From assembly GCA_965223905.1 (NCBI GenBank), contig CBDCXV010000010.1:1472001-1536000 (forward strand): a stretch of DNA of 64,000 nucleotides, given 5' to 3'. Source of the DNA: Candidatus Latescibacterota bacterium (lineage in GTDB: Bacteria; Latescibacterota; UBA2968; UBA8231). This document shows positions 38,901 through 49,396 of the stretch, piece by piece. The notes beneath the pieces were generated by a model that was not told where the DNA came from, did no database searches, and saw only the letters and a list, made by a program, of their open reading frames with translations. Numbering within the stretch: position 1 is the first letter of the stretch; each line of letters opens with the position of its first letter. Position numbers and translations under genes: made by a program.

Positions 38901-40439
38901 ATGGCCGAAAGACCCTACCGGATCATCTACAACTGGGATGGCGCACCCCACCATTACGACGAGTACCCCCAGGGGATGGAGCCGTTCCTGCAGAAGGTCT
39001 ATGCCCCGCTTGCCGGCACCCAGGTGGACGCCCTGTTCTGGTGCATGGGGGTGCACGAGGCCACCTGGTTGTCCAATGACCTGCCGGTGAAGGGGGATTC
39101 CACCGGCAGGGTCTACGACAGCGTGCTGACCATGCGGGACACGGAGAACCTGCGGGCCATGCTCGAGCGGGGGGAGGATCCGTACGCAGCCATGGTCGCC
39201 CGCGGCCGCGAGCTCGGCATCGATGTCTGGGCGTCGATGCGCATGAACGACCAGCACTTCTGGAGGATCCAGGATCTGGAGGCGATGCAGAGGTCGACGG
39301 CCCACGAGATGACGGCGCTGCGCAAGGAGCATCCGGAGTGGTGCCTGGGGGATCAGGCCTCGGGGTGGTGCGCGACCTCGTGGAACATGGCGGTCCCGGA
39401 GGTGCGCGCCCACAAGCTCGACCTGATCGAACAGGCGTGCCGACTGGCGGACTGGGACGGCGTCGAGCTGGACTGGCAGCGCCACGCCTTTCACCTCCCG
39501 TCCAACCACGAGTACCGGCTGCGCTACGCCCTTACCGACCTGCAGCGGGCGATCCGCCGGATGACGAACCGGCTCGCCGAAGAGCGCGGCCGCCCCTTTC
39601 CCGTCGCTGTCCGGGTCGCCGCGACGCTGGAGTCCTGCCGGCGCATCGGCTACGACGTCGAGACCTGGATCGAAGAGGGCCTGTGCGATGTCCTCATCGG
39701 CGCCGGGAATTCCGGGACCGATCCCTGCTTCGAAACCGAGGAATTCCTCAGGCTGGTCGAAGGCACCGGCATCCTCGTCTATCCCGGCTTCGATTTCGAC
39801 ACCAGGCAGCAGGCCAATCGGCTGATCTCCCACGCGCGGTGGCGGGACCGCTGGTTCGCCGGCATGGCGCAGGGCCACCTGGCCCGCGGCGCCGACGGCA
39901 TCTACATCTTCAACTGGCACGCCAACGAGACCACGCGCCGCCGGTCCCTGTCGACGATCGGCTCGACGGAAACCCTCGAGGGCCTGGACAAGGCCTACAC
40001 CGCCGTCCACCGCAGCATTGGAAGCAATCCGTTGCGCCAGGACTCCGAGCGGGACGACCGCATCTACGGTGAGGTCCCCGTCGATCTGCCCCGGACGCTG
40101 ACCGGCGACGGCCCGGTTTTCCGCCTCTCCACCTGGGATGCCGGGGCCGCCAGGGTGCAGCTGCTGATCGAGACGGCGCACTACTCCCCCTCCAGAGACG
40201 AGGTGGCCGTCACCCTGGACGGGGAGGCCCTGGGAGCGCCCGCGGTCCGCAACCACGCCGCGGAGAATCCCGACATCCCCTCCGACGTCGACGAAAACAG
40301 CTGGCTGGTCTGGGACCTGGATCCGGCGCAGGCGGCCTCCGGTTCCCACGAGGTCAAGGTCGTCCTCGTCAGGCGCGACCCGCGGCTGCGGCCGCCGCTG
40401 GCGGTGGCCAACGTGGAGATCTGGACGAGCTTCGGCTGA
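38901..40439 (+). CDS. GHL10-like TIM-barrel protein
   Basis: IIYNWDG, S.RMND.H, HPEW, PEVR and DGVELDW motifs. Confidence 0.65.
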   Translation: MAERPYRIIYNWDGAPHHYDEYPQGMEPFLQKVYAPLAGTQVDALFWCMGVHEATWLSNDLPVKGDSTGRVYDSVLTMRDTENLRAMLERGEDPYAAMVARGRELGIDVWASMRMNDQHFWRIQDLEAMQRSTAHEMTALRKEHPEWCLGDQASGWCATSWNMAVPEVRAHKLDLIEQACRLADWDGVELDWQRHAFHLPSNHEYRLRYALTDLQRAIRRMTNRLAEERGRPFPVAVRVAATLESCRRIGYDVETWIEEGLCDVLIGAGNSGTDPCFETEEFLRLVEGTGILVYPGFDFDTRQQANRLISHARWRDRWFAGMAQGHLARGADGIYIFNWHANETTRRRSLSTIGSTETLEGLDKAYTAVHRSIGSNPLRQDSERDDRIYGEVPVDLPRTLTGDGPVFRLSTWDAGAARVQLLIETAHYSPSRDEVAVTLDGEALGAPAVRNHAAENPDIPSDVDENSWLVWDLDPAQAASGSHEVKVVLVRRDPRLRPPLAVANVEIWTSFG

Positions 40440-40453
40440 GCCCCGAGCCAGGG

Positions 40454-41587
40454 ATGAACAGCAAGAATCTGATCGGGCCCACCGTCACCGCAGTGGTGCC
40501 GGAATGGGTCGCATACCCCGGCGAGGACTGGATTCCGATCTCTCCCGACGAGGCGGGAATCGATCCCGGAAAGTTCGCCTCCTGGCTGTCCGGCCTCGAC
40601 GTCAGGGGCGCGAGCTTCCTCGGAGAAGACCACCGGGACGGCAAGTACGGCGCCGTCCTCACCCGCGGCGGCTGCCTGCTGCATTCCTGGGGGGACCCCC
40701 ACTACCGGCACCAGACCGCCTCGGTAGGCAAGGCCCTGACCTGGGTGGCCCTGGGGTGCGCCGCCAACGACGGCCTCCTCGACCCCGACGAGCCGATCCG
40801 CGAGAGTTGGACCGGGGCGGGGGAGCTGTCGCACGAGCACAAGCACCTCGACCGCGGCCATCACCGGAACCTGACCTGGCGGCACCTGGTCGGACGCCGC
40901 GACGAGAGCATCCACTGGGGCGGATTTCCCTTGGAGCTCGGCATACGCTGGTCGGAGAAGCGCACCGGCCTCCAGGAGGAGGACGCTGTGCCCGGGGTCC
41001 CCGAATGGGCGGCCTGGACCGGAGACCCCTTCCACGACTGCTACGCCCACGCCGAACCCGGACGCTACGGCATCTACAGCAGCGCCGGTTTCTGGCGCCT
41101 GGGCCAGGCCCTGACCCACGTGCTGGGGCGCGACCTCAAGGAGGTGATCCAGGAGCGTCTTTTCGACGCCATCGGCATTCCCTGGGAACGCTGGGACTGG
41201 CTCGCCGGGGGGGAGGTCAAGGACCGGAAATGGTTCTATCCCGGCCTCCCCGACACCTACACCTACCTCGATCCTCCCTACGAGACCGGCGGCGCCGTCG
41301 TCCGCAGCGGTCCCGGATGGGTCGTCATCAGCGCCTCGGACCTCGCTCGTTTCGGCCACCTCAACGCCACCCGGGGCATCTGGAAGGGAGAGCGGGTTGC
41401 CGACCCGGCCTGGCTGCGCGGACACAGCGGCGGCAACAAGAGCGGGGCCAGCGGGGAATGCGAGCACTTCACCGCCATGGGGGTGGTGACGACGTCGGGG
41501 CTGCCGGAATACAGACACGCCACCGAGACCAGGAGCATCCTGCCGGAGGACTTCTTTGCCGGGAATGCATCCGGTGGAAAAAGGTGA
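40454..41587 (+). CDS. Serine hydrolase, beta-lactamase/transpeptidase fold
   Basis: SVGK (SxxK), YSS, SASDLARFG and HSGG motifs. Confidence 0.7.
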   Translation: MNSKNLIGPTVTAVVPEWVAYPGEDWIPISPDEAGIDPGKFASWLSGLDVRGASFLGEDHRDGKYGAVLTRGGCLLHSWGDPHYRHQTASVGKALTWVALGCAANDGLLDPDEPIRESWTGAGELSHEHKHLDRGHHRNLTWRHLVGRRDESIHWGGFPLELGIRWSEKRTGLQEEDAVPGVPEWAAWTGDPFHDCYAHAEPGRYGIYSSAGFWRLGQALTHVLGRDLKEVIQERLFDAIGIPWERWDWLAGGEVKDRKWFYPGLPDTYTYLDPPYETGGAVVRSGPGWVVISASDLARFGHLNATRGIWKGERVADPAWLRGHSGGNKSGASGECEHFTAMGVVTTSGLPEYRHATETRSILPEDFFAGNASGGKR

Positions 41588-41616
41588 AAGGAACCGCTGA
41601 AGGCAGGAGATAAACG

Positions 41617-42444
41617 GTGATCATCGATACCCATCTGCACGTCTGGAGCGGCGACTTCGAACGCTTTCCCTTTGCCGGGGACCGAAGGCGGGCCGAGGGC
41701 GCCCCGGTAGAGATGCTCCTGGAGACCATGGAGGAGGCCGGCGTCGGCCGCGCCGTCATCGTGCAGCCGATCCATTACCTCTACGACAACCGCTACGTCG
41801 CGGAGTGTCTCGAGCGTTTTCCGGGCAAGTTCGCCGCCATTGGCCTGGTGGACCGGAAGGCCCCGGACGCCCCCGAGCAGCTGGAGCGGCTGGTGCGGGA
41901 AGCGGGTTTTGGCGGCCTGCGCATCCACCTGTCCCGCCCCGACGACCCGGCCGAGTGGGCGGCGCCGGATCAGGACCGCATCTGGGAGAAGGCCGCGGCC
42001 CTGGGTTCGACCTTCATCATCTACGGTCCGGCCTCGCTGCTGCCGGCGGTGGAGCCGATCGTCGCCCGCTTTCCCGGGGTGAAGGTCGCCCTCGACCACA
42101 ACGGCGGCGCACCCCCCAACGAGGAAGATGCCGGACGGCCGCTGTTGAATACCGTGCTCGGCTTCGCCCGCTACCCCAATGTCCACGTCAAGTTTTCGCC
42201 GCAGGGCCACCGCTCGGAGAGGGAATTCCCGCACCCGGACACCTTCGATCTCTATCGCCGGCTGTACGACGCCTTCGGTCCGCGGCGGCTCATGTGGGGC
42301 ACCAATTTTCCCGGTGTCCTCGAGGCCATGGGCTACGCACGGGCGCTGGAGCTGTTTCGCGACCATCTGGGTTTTCTCAGCGGCGAGGACCGGGAGTGGC
42401 TGTTTCACCGAACCGCCGAAAGCCTGTGGGATTTCGGCGCCTGA
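41617..42444 (+). CDS. Amidohydrolase_2 family protein
   Basis: IIDTHLH, LDH and FGPRRLMWGTNFP motifs. Confidence 0.9.
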   Translation: MIIDTHLHVWSGDFERFPFAGDRRRAEGAPVEMLLETMEEAGVGRAVIVQPIHYLYDNRYVAECLERFPGKFAAIGLVDRKAPDAPEQLERLVREAGFGGLRIHLSRPDDPAEWAAPDQDRIWEKAAALGSTFIIYGPASLLPAVEPIVARFPGVKVALDHNGGAPPNEEDAGRPLLNTVLGFARYPNVHVKFSPQGHRSEREFPHPDTFDLYRRLYDAFGPRRLMWGTNFPGVLEAMGYARALELFRDHLGFLSGEDREWLFHRTAESLWDFGA

Positions 42445-42456
42445 AAGGAGCCCGAT

Positions 42457-43278
42457 GTGATAAAATTGGGGATGATGGTACGGAACACCCCGGCGGCGGA
42501 TGTGGAAACATCCATCGATTTTGCGCGCGAGCTCGAGCTCGACACCGTCGACGTGCACCTGAGCGGGCTGAACCGCGGCCCAGCCTACCTGCAGCGAATC
42601 CGTACCCGGTGTCTGCGCCGGGGGCTGAGCATCGGCTACGCCGGCGCCGGCAGCTTCGTCGGCCCTCCGGAGCAGGCCGGGGAGCGCATGCGGCAGGGGC
42701 GCGAGGACGCCGACACCGCGGCGCTGCTGGGGGCGCCGCTGCTCCGGGTATTCGCCCGCCACAAGTGGCCGGGCACGGTCGCCGAGCAGGAGGCGTTGTG
42801 GGGTCCGATGATCGAAAGCTTCCGCCGGATCTGCGACTACGCCGCGGGGCGGGGGGTTTCCGTGGCCCTGCAGAACCACGACAACGGCAGCTTCGCCATG
42901 ACCGCGGACCAGGTGCTGCGCATCATCGGCGACGTCGACCACCCCAACTTCAGCTTTCTCATGGACACGGGGCAGTGGTCGGGTGCCATCGGCTCGCATC
43001 CGCGCGGCGAGTTCGATCCGGATATCGATTTGTACAGGGACTACCTGGAGCGCACGGTGGAGCACGCCACCTGCGTGCGGGCCAAGATCTACAAGATCGA
43101 CGGCGGCCGGGAGGAATTCCTCGACTACGAGCGCATCCTGGGAATCCTGCGCCGGGCGAACTACAACGGCCACATCGGACTGGTGTTCGAGGTGGGGGAC
43201 CGCAACAGCTGCAGTGTGGAAGAGTGCATGCGGCTGGCGGTCGAGCACCTGCGCGAGGTCATCGCCGGTTCGGCTTGA
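42457..43278 (+). CDS. Sugar phosphate isomerase/epimerase (xylose isomerase-like TIM barrel)
   Basis: LGAPLLRVF, QNH, DTG and Y.G..GL.FE motifs. Confidence 0.8.
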   Translation: MIKLGMMVRNTPAADVETSIDFARELELDTVDVHLSGLNRGPAYLQRIRTRCLRRGLSIGYAGAGSFVGPPEQAGERMRQGREDADTAALLGAPLLRVFARHKWPGTVAEQEALWGPMIESFRRICDYAAGRGVSVALQNHDNGSFAMTADQVLRIIGDVDHPNFSFLMDTGQWSGAIGSHPRGEFDPDIDLYRDYLERTVEHATCVRAKIYKIDGGREEFLDYERILGILRRANYNGHIGLVFEVGDRNSCSVEECMRLAVEHLREVIAGSA

Positions 43279-43396
43279 ATGGGTATTTCCGGTTTATTGC
43301 GAGTCCCCTCCGTGGAAACTCCGCGTTGAACCGGGACCCTGGCCGGTAGCTTGCGGGGCAACCATTCGTTAAGGTCAGCGGCGGAAAGGATTCAGG

Positions 43397-44302
43397 ATGC
43401 CGTTTCCCAGCTCCGGAATGAACGCCGTCGCCGGAAAGGTTCCGGGCCGCGCCGGGTTTTTCGTCAAGGATCTCGAAACCGGGCTGCAGTGTGAATACAA
43501 CGCCGACGAACCGCTGCCGACGGCCAGCACCATCAAGGTGGCCGCCCTGATCGAGGTGTTCCGCCGCGCCGGGGAGGGCCTGCTGTCGCTCGACGACCGC
43601 CACCGCGTGCCCCGGAACGTCTCCACCCAGGGAACCGGGGTGTTGAGCTTGACCCGGGACGATCCGGAGCTGACGGTGCGGGATTTCTGCCGGCTGATGA
43701 TGGCGGTCAGCGACAACGCCGCCACCGACACTCTCGTCGGCCTCGTGACCCCCGGGGCGATCAACGCGACCATGGAGGCGCTGGGCTTTCACCACACCCG
43801 CTTGCCGATGCCGATCGGGGTCTGGCACTACCTCATGGACGGGATTACGGCGCCGCCGTCGCGGGAAAACGACGAGTTGAAAAGAACCGGCGAGCTCGGC
43901 GGCGACGGCGACCGGGACCTTCCCTTCGCCAGCTCCCTCGACAACAATGTCGCCTCCGCCCGCGACCTGGGCCGGATGATGGAGATGATGCACAGGGGGG
44001 AAATCCTCAGTCCCGATGCCTGCGCGCAGATGCTCGAGATGATGAAGAAGTCGACGGATCCCGACCGCATCCGACGGAATCTCAGGCCCGAAATCGAGGT
44101 CGCCCGCAAGAACGGCGGCAGCGGCCGCATCAAGGCCGACGCCGGGGTCGTCTACCTGCCCTCGGGGCCGCTGGTCATAGCCGCCCTCGTCACCACCGAC
44201 AGGCGCGAGGACGGGCAGATCGGCATGGACGCCATCGGCGAGATCAGCCGCCTGGCCTTCGAAACCTTGTCTCCCGAAAGCGTGCTCCATCCGGATGAGT
44301 AG
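43397..44302 (+). CDS. Serine hydrolase related to class A beta-lactamases
   Basis: ASTIK, SDN and KNG motifs. Confidence 0.8.
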   Translation: MPFPSSGMNAVAGKVPGRAGFFVKDLETGLQCEYNADEPLPTASTIKVAALIEVFRRAGEGLLSLDDRHRVPRNVSTQGTGVLSLTRDDPELTVRDFCRLMMAVSDNAATDTLVGLVTPGAINATMEALGFHHTRLPMPIGVWHYLMDGITAPPSRENDELKRTGELGGDGDRDLPFASSLDNNVASARDLGRMMEMMHRGEILSPDACAQMLEMMKKSTDPDRIRRNLRPEIEVARKNGGSGRIKADAGVVYLPSGPLVIAALVTTDRREDGQIGMDAIGEISRLAFETLSPESVLHPDE

Positions 44303-45332
44303 AGAAAATTCCATGTCCATCGATGCCCAACAGCTTCACCGCGAAAGTCTCGTAATCGACTCCCACAACGACACCGCCGTCACCCTGATCAGTCACGGGG
44401 ATTTTGATCTGGAAGGGAGGCCGCAGAACGATCGCGCCGGCTTCGTCGCCCACCTGCGGAAGCGCCTGCCGGCCGAGGCGCGGTCTCCGCAGCTCACCCT
44501 GCCGCTGTTGCGCCAAGGGGGTATCGACCTCGCCTTCTTCGCCGTCGACAACACTTCCGCCTGGGGCAACCACCTCCTCTACGTGATGGATGCCCACGGC
44601 TACCTGATCCGGGAAATCGACGAGCGCCAGGAGGAGATCCGCGTCGTCAGGAACTGCGCCGAGATCGACGCCAACCGGGCGGAAGGCCGCATCGGCGCGC
44701 TGTTGACCGTCGAGAACTCGGAGGCTCTCGAGGGTTCCCTTCACGTCCTCGAGGCTCTGTACGAGTTGGGGATACGGTCCTTGACCCTCACCCACTCCGC
44801 CCGCACCCTGGCAGGGGACGGTTGCGAGGTGGAAGGCGGCGGCGGCTTGACGGCATTCGGACGGCAGGTCGTCGGGCGAATGGAGGAGCTGGGGATGCTC
44901 GTCGACGTATCCCACCTGAACGACCGCGGTTTCGCCGACCTTCTCGATGTGGCGGGCAAACCCGTCATCGCCTCCCACAGCTGCTGCCGGGCGTTGTGCG
45001 GGAACCTCCGCAACCTGACCGACGAGCAGCTGCGCCTCCTGGGCGAGGCAGGGGGGGGCGTCGGCATCACCTACGTCCCCTGGTTCATCGATACCGAAAA
45101 ACCGCCGACTCTGGCCCGCCTCGTCGACCACGTACTTCACGCCCTCGAGGTCGCCGGCGAGGATGCGGTCGGCCTGGGGTCGGACTTCGACGGCGGTGGG
45201 GACCTGCTCGCCGACGCCTCTCAGGTGCCGTCGATCACCGAAGAGCTCCTGCGCCGCGGCGTCGGCGAGGCGGTGGTCGTCAAGGTGCTGGGAGGCAACC
45301 ACCGCCGGCTGCTGGAGACCATCGTCGGGTAG
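44295..45332 (+). CDS. Membrane dipeptidase (M19)
   Basis: DSHND, VEN, DVSH, ASHS, RNL.D and GSDFDG motifs. Confidence 0.9.
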   Translation: MSRENSMSIDAQQLHRESLVIDSHNDTAVTLISHGDFDLEGRPQNDRAGFVAHLRKRLPAEARSPQLTLPLLRQGGIDLAFFAVDNTSAWGNHLLYVMDAHGYLIREIDERQEEIRVVRNCAEIDANRAEGRIGALLTVENSEALEGSLHVLEALYELGIRSLTLTHSARTLAGDGCEVEGGGGLTAFGRQVVGRMEELGMLVDVSHLNDRGFADLLDVAGKPVIASHSCCRALCGNLRNLTDEQLRLLGEAGGGVGITYVPWFIDTEKPPTLARLVDHVLHALEVAGEDAVGLGSDFDGGGDLLADASQVPSITEELLRRGVGEAVVVKVLGGNHRRLLETIVG

Positions 45333-45622
45333 CCGGCGACTCCCATCCCCGAGGCCGCACAGCCGCGTCCAATCCGGCGAGCTTTCTCCGCAGAGGTAGC
45401 GAAATGGCAGACCGCCGCGGGAGAGGAAGGCGCCACGCCCATGCGGCGGCGCCTCTGCCTGACAGTCCGTTGAAATAGTCCATCCGGGCTGCGGCCGGCC
45501 CTTGACGGCCGCGAACCCGGCGTTGGGCTCCCTCCCCGAATTCTCTGCGATTCGACTCGGTCGCGCGCCTTGTCTTAGGCCGCCAGGACTCCGCCTCCTG
45601 CAGCAACTATATCAACGGGCTG

Positions 45623-46795
45623 CTAACCGGCGCGCACGGCGCTGCCGATGTTTCGCAACTGCTTCTCCGTCAGCAGTCCGTAGTTGTAGAAGGTGACGCC
45701 ACCGGCGCCGGCCTGGCGGGCGACCGCCAGCTGCTCCCTGATCGGCTCCGCCGTCCACAAATCCCCCCCGGGCCGCAGAAACACCGTCCCCCCTTCGGCG
45801 ATCTCCCCTTCGAGCTCGCCGATGCGCTGCCGGGGCTCCTCCCCTTCGCGCAGGGTGTAGCTGAGCCGGTCCACGCGCCGGTTGATGACGGGGTCGAGAT
45901 CGTTGGTCAGGGCCCTGGCCGGATCGGCCAGATCGGTCTGCAGTTTTGCCCCGCCGCTTCGGATCACCTCCGCCACCTCAAGCCAGAGATCCGTCGTATG
46001 CCGGCGCGAAATCTCCATGTAGCGCCGCAGGCGGCCGTCGAAGGCCTCGTCGAGCCAGGCCTCGGTCACCGGCTCGTCGGTGGCGGGGTCGGCGCCGGAG
46101 GCCAGCCGCGGGCGCATCCAGTCCACCAGGTCCCGCCGCAGCGGTTCGGCCTCGAGGCCGGCGGCGTCGGCGCAGGCCAGGGAGGCCGGGTTGAAGCAGA
46201 GACCCAGGAGGAACCGGCAGCGCTCCGGCATCCCCGCCCGTCTCTTGCCGGGCATGGAGAAACCCCGCCGCCCCAGCGACTCCACCCACACGGCGTCGGG
46301 CCGGAAGCGCTCCAGGATCTCAGCGGTGAGGGCTGTGAAGTAGGCCCTGACATCCTGCGGGGCCGTGCTCAGCGCCCCCGCGTGCGGGGTCCCGAAGGGG
46401 TCGTGCCGGGCGAACTCCGGGTAGTGTTCCGACAGGTGGTTCTGAAAGGTGTAGACGATCCAGGCGGAGAACCCGAGGCCTCGCTTGACGATGGCCTCGA
46501 CCATGCGGTCGAACCAGGCGGGGTCCGTCACCTCCCGGCTCACCCGCGGGCGCATCCGCGTCCCCTCGTAACGGGACAAGTCGGGGGAGAAGTACACGGC
46601 GCCGTTCTCCCCGAAGTAGACGGGGCGCCGGGGATTATGCGGCAGATAGTATTCGGAGCGATGGTAGCAGGGGGTGAGCAACACCTCGTCGCAGGCGGCC
46701 AGGTCGGCGATCCGGTCCAGGGAGACGCCGAGACCCTCGTCGGCCAGATCCCACGGATAGGTGTAGAGGGATACGACGAACGAATCCGTTGGCAC
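45623..46795 (-). CDS. Hypothetical TIM-barrel (glycoside-hydrolase-like) protein
   Basis: GGAGG RBS plus GTG; YTYPWDL..EG, YH, CF and FYNYG motifs. Confidence 0.6.
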   Translation of the reverse strand: MPTDSFVVSLYTYPWDLADEGLGVSLDRIADLAACDEVLLTPCYHRSEYYLPHNPRRPVYFGENGAVYFSPDLSRYEGTRMRPRVSREVTDPAWFDRMVEAIVKRGLGFSAWIVYTFQNHLSEHYPEFARHDPFGTPHAGALSTAPQDVRAYFTALTAEILERFRPDAVWVESLGRRGFSMPGKRRAGMPERCRFLLGLCFNPASLACADAAGLEAEPLRRDLVDWMRPRLASGADPATDEPVTEAWLDEAFDGRLRRYMEISRRHTTDLWLEVAEVIRSGGAKLQTDLADPARALTNDLDPVINRRVDRLSYTLREGEEPRQRIGELEGEIAEGGTVFLRPGGDLWTAEPIREQLAVARQAGAGGVTFYNYGLLTEKQLRNIGSAVRAG

Positions 46796-46812
46796 CCGGG
46801 CCTCCCCCTCTC

Positions 46813-47928
46813 TTACGACGCCGCTTCCACTGAGGCCCCTCCGATCGGTCTGTCGGCGGCGGACCTGATCTGCTCTGCGTAGCGCTCCTCGCCAAGGGTT
46901 TCCTTCTTGTTGAGGAAGCGGCTCATGGCGGGGACGATCTTCTGGCTGCGGTCCCGGATCGGGAAGTGGACGGGGGCGTGGTTCTCGCGGTGAGACTGGC
47001 GCAGGCCGATGGCGATCTCGAGCACTTTGGCCATGTTGGCCCCGCTGCAGCGGGGCTCGATCCCCAGGTCGAGGGCCTCGACGATGGACTGGATGCCGCC
47101 GCGCTGGCGCGTGCCGCTGGGGTGGATCCAATCTTCGGGATCTCCGAATTCGTCGAAGAAACCCTCCTCCTCCACCAGCTTCCGGTGGGGTTCGCCCCGC
47201 CAGACGTGGCCGCTGTTCCAGTTCGAGTAATAGACGCCCTTGCTGCACACCACCTCGATCCCCTCCAGGGGAGAGCGCCTGGTGTGGATGAAGGCGTCGA
47301 CGCCGTTGGCGAAGCGGACGGCCCCGCCCATGCACTGGTCGTCGTCCGAGAAGGGGTCGCCGAGGCACCAGCCGGTCGCCCATTCCACGTCGGCGTCGCC
47401 GGCGAACAGGCGCAGGACGCTGAGTCCCTGGCAGCCGCCCCCCGAGATCTCGTTGGTCGACTGGTACAGGTTGATGCTGCACAGCTCCCCGAGGTCGCCG
47501 GAGTCGAGGAGTCGCCTGACCTTCCAATGCTGGGGCATGTTGCGGTAGGCGTCGCCCGAGGCAAAGGCTATCCCCCTGGATTCGCAGGCCCGGACCATGG
47601 CGTCGGACTCCTCCAGGCTGGACGCCATCGGTTTTTCGCAGTAAATGGCCCTGACCCCGGCGCCGGCACAATCGATGACGACCCGGGGGTTGGGCTGCAC
47701 CGGCAGGATCGGGGCGGCGATGTCGATCTCCTCCTCGGCGAGCAGCTCGCGGTAGTCGGCGTATCCCGGCACCGGAAAACACTCGAGAAACAGCTTCAGA
47801 TTGTCGGCGTCCGGGTCGGCGGCGGCGGCGATCTCGGTGCGCGGATTGCCAGCGTAGCCCCTGGCGTGTCCGTGCCCCTTGCGGCCGCAGCCGATCAGGG
47901 CGACGCGATAGATCCGGTTATCGGTCAT
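46813..47928 (-). CDS. Gfo/Idh/MocA family oxidoreductase
   Basis: IGCGRKG and CEKPMA motifs. Confidence 0.85.
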   Translation of the reverse strand: MTDNRIYRVALIGCGRKGHGHARGYAGNPRTEIAAAADPDADNLKLFLECFPVPGYADYRELLAEEEIDIAAPILPVQPNPRVVIDCAGAGVRAIYCEKPMASSLEESDAMVRACESRGIAFASGDAYRNMPQHWKVRRLLDSGDLGELCSINLYQSTNEISGGGCQGLSVLRLFAGDADVEWATGWCLGDPFSDDDQCMGGAVRFANGVDAFIHTRRSPLEGIEVVCSKGVYYSNWNSGHVWRGEPHRKLVEEEGFFDEFGDPEDWIHPSGTRQRGGIQSIVEALDLGIEPRCSGANMAKVLEIAIGLRQSHRENHAPVHFPIRDRSQKIVPAMSRFLNKKETLGEERYAEQIRSAADRPIGGASVEAAS

Positions 47929-47940
47929 GGTTCTTCCTTG

Positions 47941-48651
47941 TCATGCGGCGACGATCAGGCAGATCAACCACCCGTCACCGCCATTCTCCAGGTGACAGGT
48001 GACTCCGGGGGGCAGGTGGGCGGCGTCCCCTTCGCGAACCCTCTTCTCCCTGCCGTCGACGACGAGGCGGCCGCGGCCTGCGAGCACATAGTAGATCTGC
48101 TCCAGCGGGCGCATGCTCTCCGCGGTTCGCAGCCGGGGTTGCACCATCTCCCGGTCGACGAACGCCAGTCCCCGCAGGCAACCCCCCTCCTCACCCGCCG
48201 CCGCCAGCAGGCGCCAACGCACCGCCCCTTCGCCATCCGCTTCCGGAGCCACGTCGCGCCAGTTGCGGTTGGCGAAACGCCCGCCGTCGCTCGCCACGTT
48301 CATGCTGATGACGTGATGCAACAGGAAGCCGTCTCCCCTGTTGAAGATCTGGTGGTGAGGCCCGGAGGGCAGGTAGAAAACGTCCCCTTCCCTTGCCGGG
48401 GCGCGCTCGTCACCGCACAGGACCTCCCCTTCCCCGTCGAGGATGTAGTAGAGCTGCTCCCTGTTCTTGTGGTTGTGATGGTCCGACTTCTTGCGGGCCT
48501 GGATCGCGTGGACGGTGATGCCGCCCTGCTTCTCGAGCACGCAACGCGGGTCGTCCTGGCGCAGGTCCCTGGCCTGCAGGCAGCTCCAGACGATGGCGCT
48601 CTGGTGGCTGATGACCGGTTCAGCGTCTCTCCAGTTGTTGATCGCAGTCAT
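47941..48651 (-). CDS. Bicupin protein
   Basis: HNH..REQLYYILDG.G...P.G.HH, plus a second EQIYYVLAG..PPG..H cupin. Confidence 0.8.
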   Translation of the reverse strand: MTAINNWRDAEPVISHQSAIVWSCLQARDLRQDDPRCVLEKQGGITVHAIQARKKSDHHNHKNREQLYYILDGEGEVLCGDERAPAREGDVFYLPSGPHHQIFNRGDGFLLHHVISMNVASDGGRFANRNWRDVAPEADGEGAVRWRLLAAAGEEGGCLRGLAFVDREMVQPRLRTAESMRPLEQIYYVLAGRGRLVVDGREKRVREGDAAHLPPGVTCHLENGGDGWLICLIVAA

Positions 48652-48671
48652 TGGCTGTCCTCGACCGGGGA

Positions 48672-49367
48672 TTACCGGCGCTCGTCCTCGGGAACGACCG
48701 ATTTGTCCCTGGGGTGGTAGCCGATCGCCCGTTTGCCGTGTTCCAGGTCGTAGAGGGGCCAGTCGCTGTCGGAGACCCCGAAGACGACCTCGAACTCGAC
48801 CCCGGGATGGGTGACCGCCTGCTCGAACAGGTGAACGCAGTCGCCGTGGCTCAACTGATGGGGATGCTCGGGTTGATCGCGGTCGGGGTTGAAATTGCCG
48901 ATGCGGACCGCCACGACCTCCATGTCGAACCGGGCGGAGTACATGTAACCGATACTCTCGCCGAAAACCTTGGTGATCGTGTAGTAGCTGTCCGGCTTGG
49001 GAAGCATCTCCGCGGTGCGCTGTATGGTGCGCGGATAGAAGGACTGGGGCAGCACGCCGGCGCGGCTGGCGTAGGCGATGCGGCGAACCCCATGCCGGCG
49101 CGCCGCCTCGAACACGTTGTAGGTGCCGACCATGCTCTGAAGGGCGTGGTCCCACTCCCCTCCGGGGACGTTCACCAGATGGATGACGGCATCCATCCCC
49201 TCCACCGCCGCCGCGACCTGGTCGAAGTCGTCGATGTCGCCGACGACGGCGTCGGGAATCCCGGGGGTCGGATCGCAGTCGAAGGCGCGCAGCTCGTGCC
49301 GCTCCCGCAACCCGCGGACCAGGGTGGTGCCGATCTTTCCGGCGGCGCCGGTTATCAGGATTCTCAT
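48672..49367 (-). CDS. NAD-dependent epimerase/dehydratase (uronate dehydrogenase-like SDR)
   Basis: ITGAAGKIG, YASR, YTITK (YxxxK), RIG.F and LS..D motifs. Confidence 0.85.
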   Translation of the reverse strand: MRILITGAAGKIGTTLVRGLRERHELRAFDCDPTPGIPDAVVGDIDDFDQVAAAVEGMDAVIHLVNVPGGEWDHALQSMVGTYNVFEAARRHGVRRIAYASRAGVLPQSFYPRTIQRTAEMLPKPDSYYTITKVFGESIGYMYSARFDMEVVAVRIGNFNPDRDQPEHPHQLSHGDCVHLFEQAVTHPGVEFEVVFGVSDSDWPLYDLEHGKRAIGYHPRDKSVVPEDERR

Positions 49368-49396
49368 CGCAGGAAATCTCCTTACGTGGCTGCGCC

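Noticed and set aside
43397-44302. Class A beta-lactamase resistance gene
   Set aside because: No signal peptide, KTG is replaced by KNG, and there is no recognisable ExxLN omega-loop motif.
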